A DNA stretch of 64,000 bases from the NCBI GenBank assembly GCA_965206745.1, contig OZ242220.1:900434-964433 (forward strand), in the 5' to 3' direction. The translations under genes and the position numbers were made by a program. The notes below the pieces were generated by a model. The model had not been told where the DNA came from. It searched no databases and saw only the letters and a program-made list of their open reading frames with translations. Source of the DNA: Nitrosopumilus sp. GTDB taxonomy: Archaea; Thermoproteota; Nitrososphaeria; Nitrososphaerales; Nitrosopumilaceae. This document shows, piece by piece, positions 9,827 to 19,222 of the stretch; position 1 is the stretch's first letter, and every line of letters begins with the position of its first letter.

Positions 9827-10098
9827 ATCTGATCAGACACACATTTTGCCAATACTTTATCGTTTCATTTTATTCATGCAACTTGCAAGTTCTTGCATGA
9901 TTTTTGATACATGACATCCTAATCCAAAATATCACTGCAAAAAATCACATCTAAACATTGTTAATTCGACAGAATAAGATCGCCTGCATTTTAGGAAAAT
10001 CTCAAAATCTTATATTCATTTTGCACTAGAGCCAGGAAACTAAATTCAGAAATGATTGCTTCGAATTGCTTTAATACTTTTAATTTGATGAATTTGCA

Positions 10099-12273
10099 GT
10101 GGCTAGAAATGCAATGTTGGCACTCTTTACAGTGCTACTCATAGGAATGATGGTTGCCCCTGCGTATGCCGAGTTGTCGCCACGGGAACAACTCAAAATC
10201 GGCATCCCGATAAACCAAATTCTATGCAATGAGGAAAAGACCCTCATACAGTCACCTACAGGCAAGCCTGCCTGCGTCTTTGATGCCACTTTGGAAAGAC
10301 TTGTTCTACGGGGATGGATCATTGTGGAATTGGTTACACCGATTGTTGATTTTCAAGGGATAATAGATGCCACAGAACCAGCACCTGAACCAACACCAGC
10401 ACCTGAACCAACACCAGCACCTGAACCAACACCAGCACCTGAACCAACACCAGCACCTGAACCAACACCAGCACCTGAACCAACACCAGCACCTGAACCA
10501 ACACCAGCACCTGAACCAACACCAGCACCTGAACCAACACCAGCACCTGAACCAACACCAGCACCTGAACCAACACCAGCACCTGAACCAACACCGGCAC
10601 CTGAACCAACACCGGCACCTGAACCAACACCGGCACCTGAACCAACACCGGCACCTGAACCAGCACCTGAACCAGCACCTGAACCAACACCCGCACCCGA
10701 GCCTGAAATAATTTATTCTGATGACGGATATACTGCAAATCTATACCATGAAAACGGAATTCTCAAATCAGAAAAACAGTATGAGAACGGACAACTAGAA
10801 ACAGAATTATTATACCATGAAAACGGAGATCTCAAATCAGAAAAACACTATGAGGACGGACAGCTAGAATCAGAAATACAGTATGATGAAGACATGAATC
10901 GCAAATCACAAAAATATTATGAGGACGGACAACTAGATGAAGGAACACACTTTGAATACCATGAAAATGGAAATAAACAATCAGAAGTGCAACTTGGTAA
11001 AAATGGAAATTTGAAATTAGAATTAAAATATTTTAAAAATGGAAATCAGCAATTAGTATACAAATATGATGAAAATGGTGTGCTGATAGAAATGTCGCAA
11101 TTTTACAAAAACGGAAATTCTAAATTAACAGAATATTATAACGACGGACAGCTAGAAGTAGAAATACGATACAATGAAAATGGATATATGAACTCTGAAT
11201 TTGATTATTATGAGGACGGACAGCTAGAAAATGAATCATACTATGAATACTATGAAAACGGAAATTTCAAATTAGGAAAAGACTATGAAGATGGGCAACT
11301 TGCAGGTGAAACACATTACTATGAAAACACCAATCTCAAATCAGATAAACAGTATCAAGATGGGCAACCTGATTCAGATATAGAATACTATGAAAACGGA
11401 AATTTCAAATCAGAAAAATACTATGAGAATGGACAACTAGTAGGAGAACGTCACCGTTACAAAAACGGAAATATGGAATTTGAATCCAAATATTATGAGA
11501 ACGGACAAACAAAAGTTGAATCTCTATACCGTGAAAACGGAAATGGTATATCAGACAAATATTATGATGAGAACGGACAGATAATAGACGAAACATATTA
11601 TGAGTATTATGAAAACGGGAATAAACAATCAAAACTTCAATATTATGGTAACGGAGAACTAAAAGCCGAATATCAGCATTATGAAAACGGAAATAAACGA
11701 TCAGAATTACACCACTATGAAAATAACATGATAAAACAAGAATTGCAATTTTATGAAAATAAAAACATGCAATCAAAAAAATCTTACTATGAGAACGGAC
11801 AACTGAAATCAGAATATCAATACCATGAAAACGGAAATCTCAAATTACACAAAATTTACTCAGAGCACGGAAAACCTGGCTATACGGAATACAATAAAAA
11901 CGGAGATCTCAAATTAAAAAAACATTATTCTTATGTGGACGGACAATACATAGTATACAGAGAAGTATCCTATGAATACCACGAAAACGGAGATCTCAAA
12001 TCAAAAAAATATTATCTCACTGGAAAACTAATATCTGAGTCATACTATGAATACCATGAAAACAGAAATCTCAAATCCCAAAAACACTATGAGAACGGCC
12101 AACTAAAATCAGAATATCAATACCATGAAAACGGAAATCCCAAATCAGAAAAATATTATTGGAACGGACAACTATCCGAAGAAGTATACTATGAATACCA
12201 CGAAAATGGAGATACCAAATCAGTAAAACGCTATAAGAACGGACAAGAAGTGCCATACATTACATTCGGTTAA
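10099..12273 (+). CDS. Secreted MORN_2/YwqK-like repeat protein with Cys-motif N-domain and Pro-rich stalk
   Basis: Signal peptide (…MVAPAYA|EL), SPREQ..C..PACV..RGW module, (PAPEPT)n linker, then ~520 aa of Y(H/Y)ENGxxKSExxYxxGQL repeats. Confidence 0.85.
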   Translation: MARNAMLALFTVLLIGMMVAPAYAELSPREQLKIGIPINQILCNEEKTLIQSPTGKPACVFDATLERLVLRGWIIVELVTPIVDFQGIIDATEPAPEPTPAPEPTPAPEPTPAPEPTPAPEPTPAPEPTPAPEPTPAPEPTPAPEPTPAPEPTPAPEPTPAPEPTPAPEPTPAPEPTPAPEPTPAPEPAPEPAPEPTPAPEPEIIYSDDGYTANLYHENGILKSEKQYENGQLETELLYHENGDLKSEKHYEDGQLESEIQYDEDMNRKSQKYYEDGQLDEGTHFEYHENGNKQSEVQLGKNGNLKLELKYFKNGNQQLVYKYDENGVLIEMSQFYKNGNSKLTEYYNDGQLEVEIRYNENGYMNSEFDYYEDGQLENESYYEYYENGNFKLGKDYEDGQLAGETHYYENTNLKSDKQYQDGQPDSDIEYYENGNFKSEKYYENGQLVGERHRYKNGNMEFESKYYENGQTKVESLYRENGNGISDKYYDENGQIIDETYYEYYENGNKQSKLQYYGNGELKAEYQHYENGNKRSELHHYENNMIKQELQFYENKNMQSKKSYYENGQLKSEYQYHENGNLKLHKIYSEHGKPGYTEYNKNGDLKLKKHYSYVDGQYIVYREVSYEYHENGDLKSKKYYLTGKLISESYYEYHENRNLKSQKHYENGQLKSEYQYHENGNPKSEKYYWNGQLSEEVYYEYHENGDTKSVKRYKNGQEVPYITFG
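10378..10707 (+). repeat. 18-bp coding minisatellite (PAPEPT)
   Basis: Unit ccagcacctgaaccaaca x12, then ccg-variant units, then a degenerate PAPE tail. Confidence 0.97.
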
Positions 12274-12603
12274 TTAGAATAAGAATGACAATGCCACAAA
12301 AACAGAGATTTTGAATCTGTAAAATAATATGATTAGAACGAGAACTTGAAAACAGACTAGAATTTGCATGCATGAATTTGACAAAAATAGGACCGGGGTT
12401 CCAAAATCACTCTGGCCTGCTCACCCGCTGTACCTGCCTGGTTAATTAAAACATGCTTCATAATTCGGCAAATTCATCATCTATCAGTTATAGCTTAGAA
12501 TGTTGATTAATCATCAGCAAACTTCCTTCTAATTGCCACGGTATATTATTATTTCATATGGACGACCATAACCTTTTTGATGTGACCTGGCACTAATTAT
12601 GGT

Positions 12604-12855
12604 ATGGTCAATTTTGAAAAGGTCTATCAAAGAGTCGCCTCCCAAATAATTCAGAGGTGTCACGGTGCAATCAAAATTACCAAGCATGGGAGAATTATTG
12701 AGGTCTATGATACAAAGCGGCATATCTGGAGCGATGGCCTGGCAGGGCTAATAATCAAGGAGGAGTGCCGAAATGCTGATCTGAAGGAATGGGAGTTTGC
12801 AAGTGTCAGGACATGTGTAATCAAAGAGTTACTTGGAAAAAACAATGATCAATAG
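12604..12855 (+). CDS. Hypothetical protein (thaumarchaeal type)
   Basis: 83-aa ATG ORF. Confidence 0.75.
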   Translation: MVNFEKVYQRVASQIIQRCHGAIKITKHGRIIEVYDTKRHIWSDGLAGLIIKEECRNADLKEWEFASVRTCVIKELLGKNNDQ

Positions 12856-13124
12856 CACACTTTTCTGATCAAGTACGGCTCTTTTAGCATGATTGTATCG
12901 TCTCTGGTTGATGACAGATCCACTGTTTTGAGGTTGTGGTTTGTAACTATTGTTAGTGCCTCGCATCTAGAACACAGTACTGTCCTTCCATTTGAACGGC
13001 CCTCCCTGATGATGTCTCTTTCCAGCCTGTCTTCTTTTTGGCATGTGGGGCACAGTCTTGGTTCACTTTCAATTGTGATTATCTCCTTGATGAAGATCGT
13101 CCTTCCCATACTGCCCATCTTCAA
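12849..13124 (-). CDS. Small zinc-ribbon protein
   Basis: CPTC...CSRC motifs. Confidence 0.7.
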   Translation of the reverse strand: MKMGSMGRTIFIKEIITIESEPRLCPTCQKEDRLERDIIREGRSNGRTVLCSRCEALTIVTNHNLKTVDLSSTRDDTIMLKEPYLIRKVCY

Positions 13125-13848
13125 TATGTCCCTAAAGAGTCATAGTGTTAATTGGTATCAGCAATCCATTTTGAATGTCAAACCGCTTTAATCATCCAAA
13201 ATTAGATCGAATGGTATTCAACATATTTCCAATCTAACCAATTAACATCATATTGCTGTGTATCTTGAAAATATATTTTTGCAAATCCGGCTCTGCAGGT
13301 CACCTGCTGCATTAGAATCCCTTCACACTGACTAGTTTTTTCACCTGATACCGTCTATCCCTATCAAGAATCGTAACCTGTCTCTGCAAGTATCTTTTAA
13401 AATTCAGCATTCTGTCTTTGTAGCATTGCCTCGTGTTATTTGATGGATGAAAATATGGTGATTATCCATAATTTACAAGATTTACCTGTATTTCTTGAAA
13501 TAATTCATGCTAAATCTTAAATAGTTATTTATCTTATACAATATGATGTCGTTAGTTCAAAAATCTGGCGATTAGATTGCGCTGCCCCGCAGAACAAAAA
13601 AGGCAATCAGGCGTTTAGACGCTTGACCACGAGAGAAACTCTCATAGTTCTGCAGTTAGGGGCTTGCGCCTTTTTATCTTCTTTAGATGAAATCTTGATT
13701 TGTAATAAAGGGGAGCATTCTACACAATCGATTTTCTGTGATTTTTGAGCAGAATTTATGCGTAATCTAGTTGGTTTCTTGCCTTTCAAAGATTCCTACA
13801 TGCTGATCAACCATTAATTCTGGAGGCAAGGACGCTTTGGAAAACCAC

Positions 13849-14955
13849 TCACGTGATGATCTCATCTAGCCTGTCTTCATCTATGGCCTGCCTAATCTCC
13901 ATGGCAATTCTCCGTCCCACCCCGAATGTCTGTCCGTACTGATACTTTGTGTACGGACTAGTAGTCGCAACAATTGGGTTTCCTGGGACCCTCAGTGAGA
14001 CGTCATACACTATCAACTCTAGGTCTTTTGTAATGACGCTCTGCAGTGAGAATGGCCCTATGATGCCTGGTGCATACTCTCTCTTTGCAGCTGCAACAAA
14101 CTTGTCTCCCATCTTCAGTACCTTCTCAAGCAGTGACTCCCTGATGCTTGCAGGCGTGTGACCCACCTCGATATTCTGCAAGTCGATATCCATCTCCATC
14201 TGCTCTCTTGCCGGAAGCGCATTATAATCATGGATGTTAGTCTGCAGCCTTCTCTCAATTCCGATAAAATCAACCTGGTTTGAGATTGGCGTGTGAAAGA
14301 AATTAAAGTTCATGTATGTGCCAATTGCCAACTCTTCGATGCTTGCCTTTTGGAGATCTTTTCTTGCAATTATCCCCTGCTTGATCTTCTCCTCGGATTT
14401 TTTCACATAGTCCTTGTACGATGAGACCGTAAAGAATGCCCTCTCAAGCGGTCTCTTTTTTTCCTGAACTTTGACGATGCATGGCTTGTTGATCCGCTTG
14501 GGGTCTTGGAATAACTTTGGATACTTTATTCTGGCCTTCTCCAGCAGATAGTACTGCCCCTTTTTGGCGGTCCTCTCCTCTGCTTGGAACAGCCTTCTGT
14601 TTCCAAAGATTGGCACCTTAAAGGAGTCCTCAATAGTCTTGTATCCGAGGTATACTGTAAGTGACCTGTGCGGAACTATGATTGTGCTTGTGTCCCGCAG
14701 CTCCTTTTGATATCTGGCAGATGCCATCTCCTTGAATTTGTTCAGAACCGTAATCTCATCTGCAATGCGCCCAAACCTCTGGTATGGTCCCTCGCGTCCC
14801 CTTTGGCAAAAGACTCTCGTCTGAAAACCCTCATCCTTTGCACCGTCCATTATCTCTAGTGCAGAGTGACTTCCAAGAACGCCAATCTTTACATCGGTGT
14901 AATTGCTGACTATCTTCTTAATCTCGGAATCTTTAATCACGGTATGCCTATACAT
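13849..14955 (-). CDS. purP: Formate--phosphoribosylaminoimidazolecarboxamide ligase
   Basis: GSHSALE, FGNR.L...EER, IGIERRLQTN, GIIGPFSLQ; ATP-grasp PurP signature. Confidence 0.93.
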   Translation of the reverse strand: MYRHTVIKDSEIKKIVSNYTDVKIGVLGSHSALEIMDGAKDEGFQTRVFCQRGREGPYQRFGRIADEITVLNKFKEMASARYQKELRDTSTIIVPHRSLTVYLGYKTIEDSFKVPIFGNRRLFQAEERTAKKGQYYLLEKARIKYPKLFQDPKRINKPCIVKVQEKKRPLERAFFTVSSYKDYVKKSEEKIKQGIIARKDLQKASIEELAIGTYMNFNFFHTPISNQVDFIGIERRLQTNIHDYNALPAREQMEMDIDLQNIEVGHTPASIRESLLEKVLKMGDKFVAAAKREYAPGIIGPFSLQSVITKDLELIVYDVSLRVPGNPIVATTSPYTKYQYGQTFGVGRRIAMEIRQAIDEDRLDEIIT

Positions 14956-15035
14956 TGGGATCTAATATAGCTAATTTTTGATTGTCAAGATCGGCTGATC
15001 AATAGACTTTTTTTAACTGGAATCTGACACGAGTC

Positions 15036-15182
15036 ATGTTTTATCACTTTGAGATTCAGATGGTTGGGGTAATCATTCTCCCTGTAATGCTTGCAGTAGG
15101 GCTACTCGTGTGGTTTAGGCGGAGAAGGGCAGATAAGGAACTCTCTGATGCCCAAAATGATGGCGATTCCCTGAACATCTAG
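15036..15182 (+). CDS. Small single-TM protein (absent from the ORF track)
   Basis: MFYHFEIQMVGVIILPVMLAVGLLVWFRRRRADKELSDAQNDGDSLNI*: TM followed by a basic stop-transfer patch. Confidence 0.55.
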   Translation: MFYHFEIQMVGVIILPVMLAVGLLVWFRRRRADKELSDAQNDGDSLNI

Positions 15183-15239
15183 TGTTCCCTTTGAATCTCC
15201 ATCTAATACATAAAATACTGTGTTCCCCAATGATAATCG

Positions 15240-15797
15240 TTGAAGCTAGTAATTGGAATTACCGGCAGTACCGGTGCAATATATGGCATCAGGCTGCTTG
15301 AGACACTAAAGAGATTAGACGTTGAGACGCACCTGATAGTCTCCAAATGGGGGGAAAAGTGCATCTCTATGGAGACTGGCCTTACCTTTGATTATGTAAA
15401 GTCGCTTGCAACAAACATCTCTGATGAAAAAAATATGGCATCAAGTGTCTCTAGTGGCACCCATAGAATCGACGGAATGATTGTGGCACCTTGCAGCATG
15501 AAGACACTGTCTGCAATCGCAAACGGCTATGATGACACACTGGTAGCCCGGGCAGCCGGAGTCACAATCAAGGAATCCCGAAAACTGATTCTAATGGTCA
15601 GGGAGACTCCCCTGTCTGCAATACATCTGGAGAACATGCTAAAACTTGCCAGACTGGGCATTGTAATTTTACCGCCCGTTACAGAATTTTATACCAAGCC
15701 TGAATCCATCGACGATATAATAAATCACGGCGTTGGGAAATGTCTGGACCAGTTTGGTCTAGAGCACGACTTATACCCTCGATGGGGTACCCTCTAA
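15240..15797 (+). CDS. ubiX: Flavin prenyltransferase UbiX
   Basis: IGITGSTGAIYG, SSGT, VAPCSMKTL, RETPL motifs. Confidence 0.95.
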   Translation: MKLVIGITGSTGAIYGIRLLETLKRLDVETHLIVSKWGEKCISMETGLTFDYVKSLATNISDEKNMASSVSSGTHRIDGMIVAPCSMKTLSAIANGYDDTLVARAAGVTIKESRKLILMVRETPLSAIHLENMLKLARLGIVILPPVTEFYTKPESIDDIINHGVGKCLDQFGLEHDLYPRWGTL

Positions 15798-15804
15798 ATT
15801 ACCA

Positions 15805-16233
15805 TTGCCTAAATTCTCCCTAGAAAAAACTGTCAACTGTGATAGGAACCGTACCTTTGAGATCTTTTCAAATTTTGAGGACTATCAAAGAGTGGTCCCC
15901 CAGCACTATCCTTCTGTCCGCATTCGCTCAATGCGCGGAGACGTGTCTGTAGTTGAGGAGCACCTGGTTTTAGGCAGTATGGAACTATTAATCATGGCAA
16001 AGCATGTTTTGCAGAAACCAATTCTCCATGAGATTTTTGTAATTGGCGGTGATGCAAAGGGAAGCCAAATCAAGCAGGAGTTTGTCGAGCTTGAGGAGGG
16101 AACAAAAATTCTAGTGGATGTTGACTTGAAATTCAGCGGCAGAATGAGAATGTCTGCAATGCTTGGAGGAAATAATTTCAAGCAGGACTATAGTAAAATT
16201 TTGGATGATTTTGCGGTACTTGCTGCAACCTAG
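15805..16233 (+). CDS. SRPBCC/polyketide cyclase-like protein
   Basis: START-fold pattern (FEIFSNFEDYQRVVP...). Confidence 0.75.
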   Translation: MPKFSLEKTVNCDRNRTFEIFSNFEDYQRVVPQHYPSVRIRSMRGDVSVVEEHLVLGSMELLIMAKHVLQKPILHEIFVIGGDAKGSQIKQEFVELEEGTKILVDVDLKFSGRMRMSAMLGGNNFKQDYSKILDDFAVLAAT

Positions 16234-16472
16234 TCTGATTTTGATTCCTTTTCCTTGAAATCCTTGAGTTCCTTGTCTGCCTCTATCTTTCCCTTTTCAA
16301 ACTCACCTTTGGCCTTGCCAAACGTCTTTGCCAGCTCTGGAATCTTTTTTGCGCCAAAAATCAGTACGCCGATAACTACCACCAATACGATGATCTCAGT
16401 ACTTCCCAACATTACAAAATATTCGTCTATTTCAGATTTAAGTGTTAGACTTTTTTCGGGCTCGACGCTCAA
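16230..16472 (-). CDS. tatA: Twin-arginine translocase TatA/E subunit
   Basis: LIFGAKKIPELAKTFGKAKGEF motif; true start probably near 16412. Confidence 0.92.
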   Translation of the reverse strand: MSVEPEKSLTLKSEIDEYFVMLGSTEIIVLVVVIGVLIFGAKKIPELAKTFGKAKGEFEKGKIEADKELKDFKEKESKSD

Positions 16473-17229
16473 TTATGAGCATGCCTGCGGCGTACAGTCC
16501 GATCATTGGACCTGCGACAAACATCATTGTCACACCGGTCCCGTCAGGGGTTATGACTGCCCCAAAGATCACTATGATCACTATGGCATATCTGATATTC
16601 TTTCTCCAAAATTCTGCATCCACCATGCCTGATGCAGACACTGCATACATTACAAGAGGAAGCTGAAATGAGAAGCCAAACGCAAGCAGGAATTGCAACA
16701 CAAATGTCACAAACTCCATCACGTTGAGAAATGTGATCAGTCCTGCGCCTTCGCCGTACTTGTAGAGAAACTCCAGCATGTACGGGATTACAAAGTTGTA
16801 GGAAAATACACAGCCTGCAACAAACAATCCTAGTGCAGGCAACGAGATGCTTCTGCTTACGTGGACTTCGTTCTCTTTTAATGCCGGCTTGATGAATCCT
16901 ACAAACTCTTTGATTATTACCGGCATTGCTACGACGACTCCGACTAGTGCTGCAACATACATCTGGGCAAAAAATGCCTGTCCCGGAGCTGTCTGAATCA
17001 GTTGAACATCCTCTGGAACTAGATTGATTCTCATCTGATTTGTAATCTGCGCTGCCATGTTGTGTGTCGGTTCTGGTATTGGGTAATACAGAGTCACCTG
17101 ACTGATTTGAAATGGCTCTGCATGAAACATTAGTAAAAATGCTGTAATCCCTACAATCACAATGACGATTCTAACTAGGCGTCTTCTTAATTCTGCTAGA
17201 TGTTCATTGATGCCATCCAATTCGGACAT
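16438..17229 (-). CDS. tatC: Twin-arginine translocase TatC
   Basis: EHLAELRRRL, FQLP, AVITPD motifs; six TM segments. Confidence 0.95.
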   Translation of the reverse strand: MSELDGINEHLAELRRRLVRIVIVIVGITAFLLMFHAEPFQISQVTLYYPIPEPTHNMAAQITNQMRINLVPEDVQLIQTAPGQAFFAQMYVAALVGVVVAMPVIIKEFVGFIKPALKENEVHVSRSISLPALGLFVAGCVFSYNFVIPYMLEFLYKYGEGAGLITFLNVMEFVTFVLQFLLAFGFSFQLPLVMYAVSASGMVDAEFWRKNIRYAIVIIVIFGAVITPDGTGVTMMFVAGPMIGLYAAGMLIIERRARKKSNT

Positions 17230-17258
17230 TCGTTCTCTTGAATTTTAAACTATAATAA

Positions 17259-17726
17259 TTATGTTGGAATCGGCAACAACTTTGCTTCTGGTAGTCCTGC
17301 ATCTTTTAACTGCTCAGCAGTGATTCCTTCAAATTCCAACGATATGGTGGCCTTGGCATTGAATCTGGCCTCCATCTCCTTTGCCAGCTTTGAGATGTCT
17401 GTGGCAGAATAGATCTCTTTGGACCCTTTTAGGAATATTCTGCCTCCCTTCTCCATCTCCTTGCCGTTGTATCTCTCTTGAAGGAATTTGGTAATTGCCG
17501 GCAGTTCCTTTCTCTCTATGTTGTTGTGAAAGTAGCAGATTCCCTTGACTGACTCATAGTCATATGCTGTCCCATTCCTGTACATGAAGACGCCGATAAA
17601 ATGGGCCTCCTCTTCTGGCTCTCTCATACACTTGATCTCCCAGTTTAACAGATTCTTTTCATCATATGAATATCCTGCCAACTCTTCTGATGATATCTTC
17701 CAGTATCTCATTCTGCCTTTTGCCAT
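17259..17726 (-). CDS. Hypothetical protein (thaumarchaeal type)
   Basis: 155-aa ATG ORF upstream of tatC. Confidence 0.8.
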   Translation of the reverse strand: MAKGRMRYWKISSEELAGYSYDEKNLLNWEIKCMREPEEEAHFIGVFMYRNGTAYDYESVKGICYFHNNIERKELPAITKFLQERYNGKEMEKGGRIFLKGSKEIYSATDISKLAKEMEARFNAKATISLEFEGITAEQLKDAGLPEAKLLPIPT

Positions 17727-18048
17727 GATATAGTATCGTTAATCATTCTGATATAAATCCCAATCTCTATGCGGACTGGTTTGCCTTGTGAAATCCCTGC
17801 ATCCTCTCAGAAACCCCCCAGTATACTAGAAGACTGACGAATATCCAAAACCCTGATTCTCAATATGTGATAAAGTATGTTGGATATGCTAAAGAGAAAG
17901 TGAACAAAGTAACCGGATCTGGGGCTGGCGATATCTTAACAACACAAGTCCTCATCTCCGGATACCTAAGTTACATTTTAAAATAACTATAAAAGCACAA
18001 AATTCTTCGGAAGATAGATTAACCTCGATCCCATTTTTTAATCTGCAG

Positions 18049-18309
18049 ATGGGAATTTTTCAAGCAAGCGTAATCATTGAAAACAAGCCCGGGATCAGTG
18101 ATCCTGAAGGTGAGACCATCCTAAATGACTTGGTCCTAAAGGGAACCCACAAAACGGTCTCAAAGATCAAGACTGCAAAGATGCTAAAGTTTACAATTGA
18201 GGCAGAGGACAAAGAAGATGCCAAGACCCGAGTGCAAGAAATCTGCGATGAGTTGAGGATTTACAATCCCATGGTAAGCATGGTCACAATAGATGCCCTT
18301 GAGGGTTAG
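18049..18309 (+). CDS. purS: FGAM synthase subunit PurS
   Basis: KPGISDPEGETI...L.IYNP motif; upstream of purQL. Confidence 0.92.
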   Translation: MGIFQASVIIENKPGISDPEGETILNDLVLKGTHKTVSKIKTAKMLKFTIEAEDKEDAKTRVQEICDELRIYNPMVSMVTIDALEG

Positions 18310-18541
18310 TTTATTTCGAATCTGTACCCTGCTCACTGCCAGTCAAATGTGTACTTTGGAAATCCCATGTATCCCTGCCACTTTGCTGAACTTTTGCCTT
18401 CTAGTCAGACATCTGACTAGGCCTCTTTTGGATTGCCTGCATGATTGTCCCTTGCCTGAGCCATGGCGATCAGGACAACCCCATCATACGAATCTGCTTT
18501 GACTAGACTCAAATTAAATATCTCTGAATCTTTGAGGAATT

Positions 18542-19222
18542 GTGAAAGTTGGAGTTGTAGTTTTTCCTGGCAGTAACTGTGATCGTGACATGTATCATGT
18601 ACTCACTGACGTGTTTAATCTTGATGCCAAATACTATTGGCATGAAAAGGGACTGCCAGAGGACATTGATGCCGTAATACTTCCGGGAGGATTCTCTTAT
18701 GGTGACAGATTAAGGGCAGGTGTAATTGCAGCCCATAGCCCTGTCATTAAAGACGTTCAAAAGATGGCCAAGAAAGGGACTCCTGTTTTAGGCGTCTGCA
18801 ACGGGTTTCAAATTCTAGTCGAGTCAGGACTGCTTCCAGGCGTACTGCTCAAAAACGAGTCTCTTAATTTTATGTGTGAATGGACCAGTCTGGTTGTGGA
18901 AAACAACAAGACCCCGTTTACAAATCAGTTCAAACTGGATCAAAGGATTCCAATCCCCATAGCCAACGGCGAGGGCAGATACTATGTTGATGATCAAACT
19001 ATGAAAGAACTAAAAAAAAGGAATCAGATCGTCTTCAGGTATGACGAGGTTGTAAACGGCTCATCAGAGAGAATTGCCGGAGTGTGCAATGAGGATGGAA
19101 ACGTTGTCGGAATGATGCCACATCCTGAAAGGGCAGTCGAGTCAGACATTAACCCTATTGATAGCAGGCCGTCCTCTCTTATCTTTGAGTCTCTGATGGT
19201 TAAAATGGGTGTTGCCAAATGA
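18542..19222 (+). CDS. purQ: FGAM synthase glutaminase subunit PurQ
   Basis: FPGSNCD, PGGFSYGD, GVCNGFQIL, MMPHPER. Confidence 0.97.
   Translation: MKVGVVVFPGSNCDRDMYHVLTDVFNLDAKYYWHEKGLPEDIDAVILPGGFSYGDRLRAGVIAAHSPVIKDVQKMAKKGTPVLGVCNGFQILVESGLLPGVLLKNESLNFMCEWTSLVVENNKTPFTNQFKLDQRIPIPIANGEGRYYVDDQTMKELKKRNQIVFRYDEVVNGSSERIAGVCNEDGNVVGMMPHPERAVESDINPIDSRPSSLIFESLMVKMGVAK

Noticed and set aside
10334-10738. ORFs of VLVQ and HLNQ repeats (10334..10738 -, 10367..10711 +) and the analogous 46118/46189 and 35160/35215 ORFs
   Set aside because: They are shadow frames of coding minisatellites that happen to lack stops.
10740-12273. Diversity-generating retroelement targeting the AAC-rich MORN repeats
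   Set aside because: There is no reverse transcriptase in the window. The near-identical 60-bp pair differs at a/c, g/a and t/c, which is not adenine-specific, and both copies are coding, so there is no TR/VR pattern.
13607-13789. 60-aa TTG ORF and other short antisense ORFs inside pur, bio, ribosomal and thrC genes
   Set aside because: They have no motifs, and most lie opposite well-supported genes, so they are treated as shadow ORFs.
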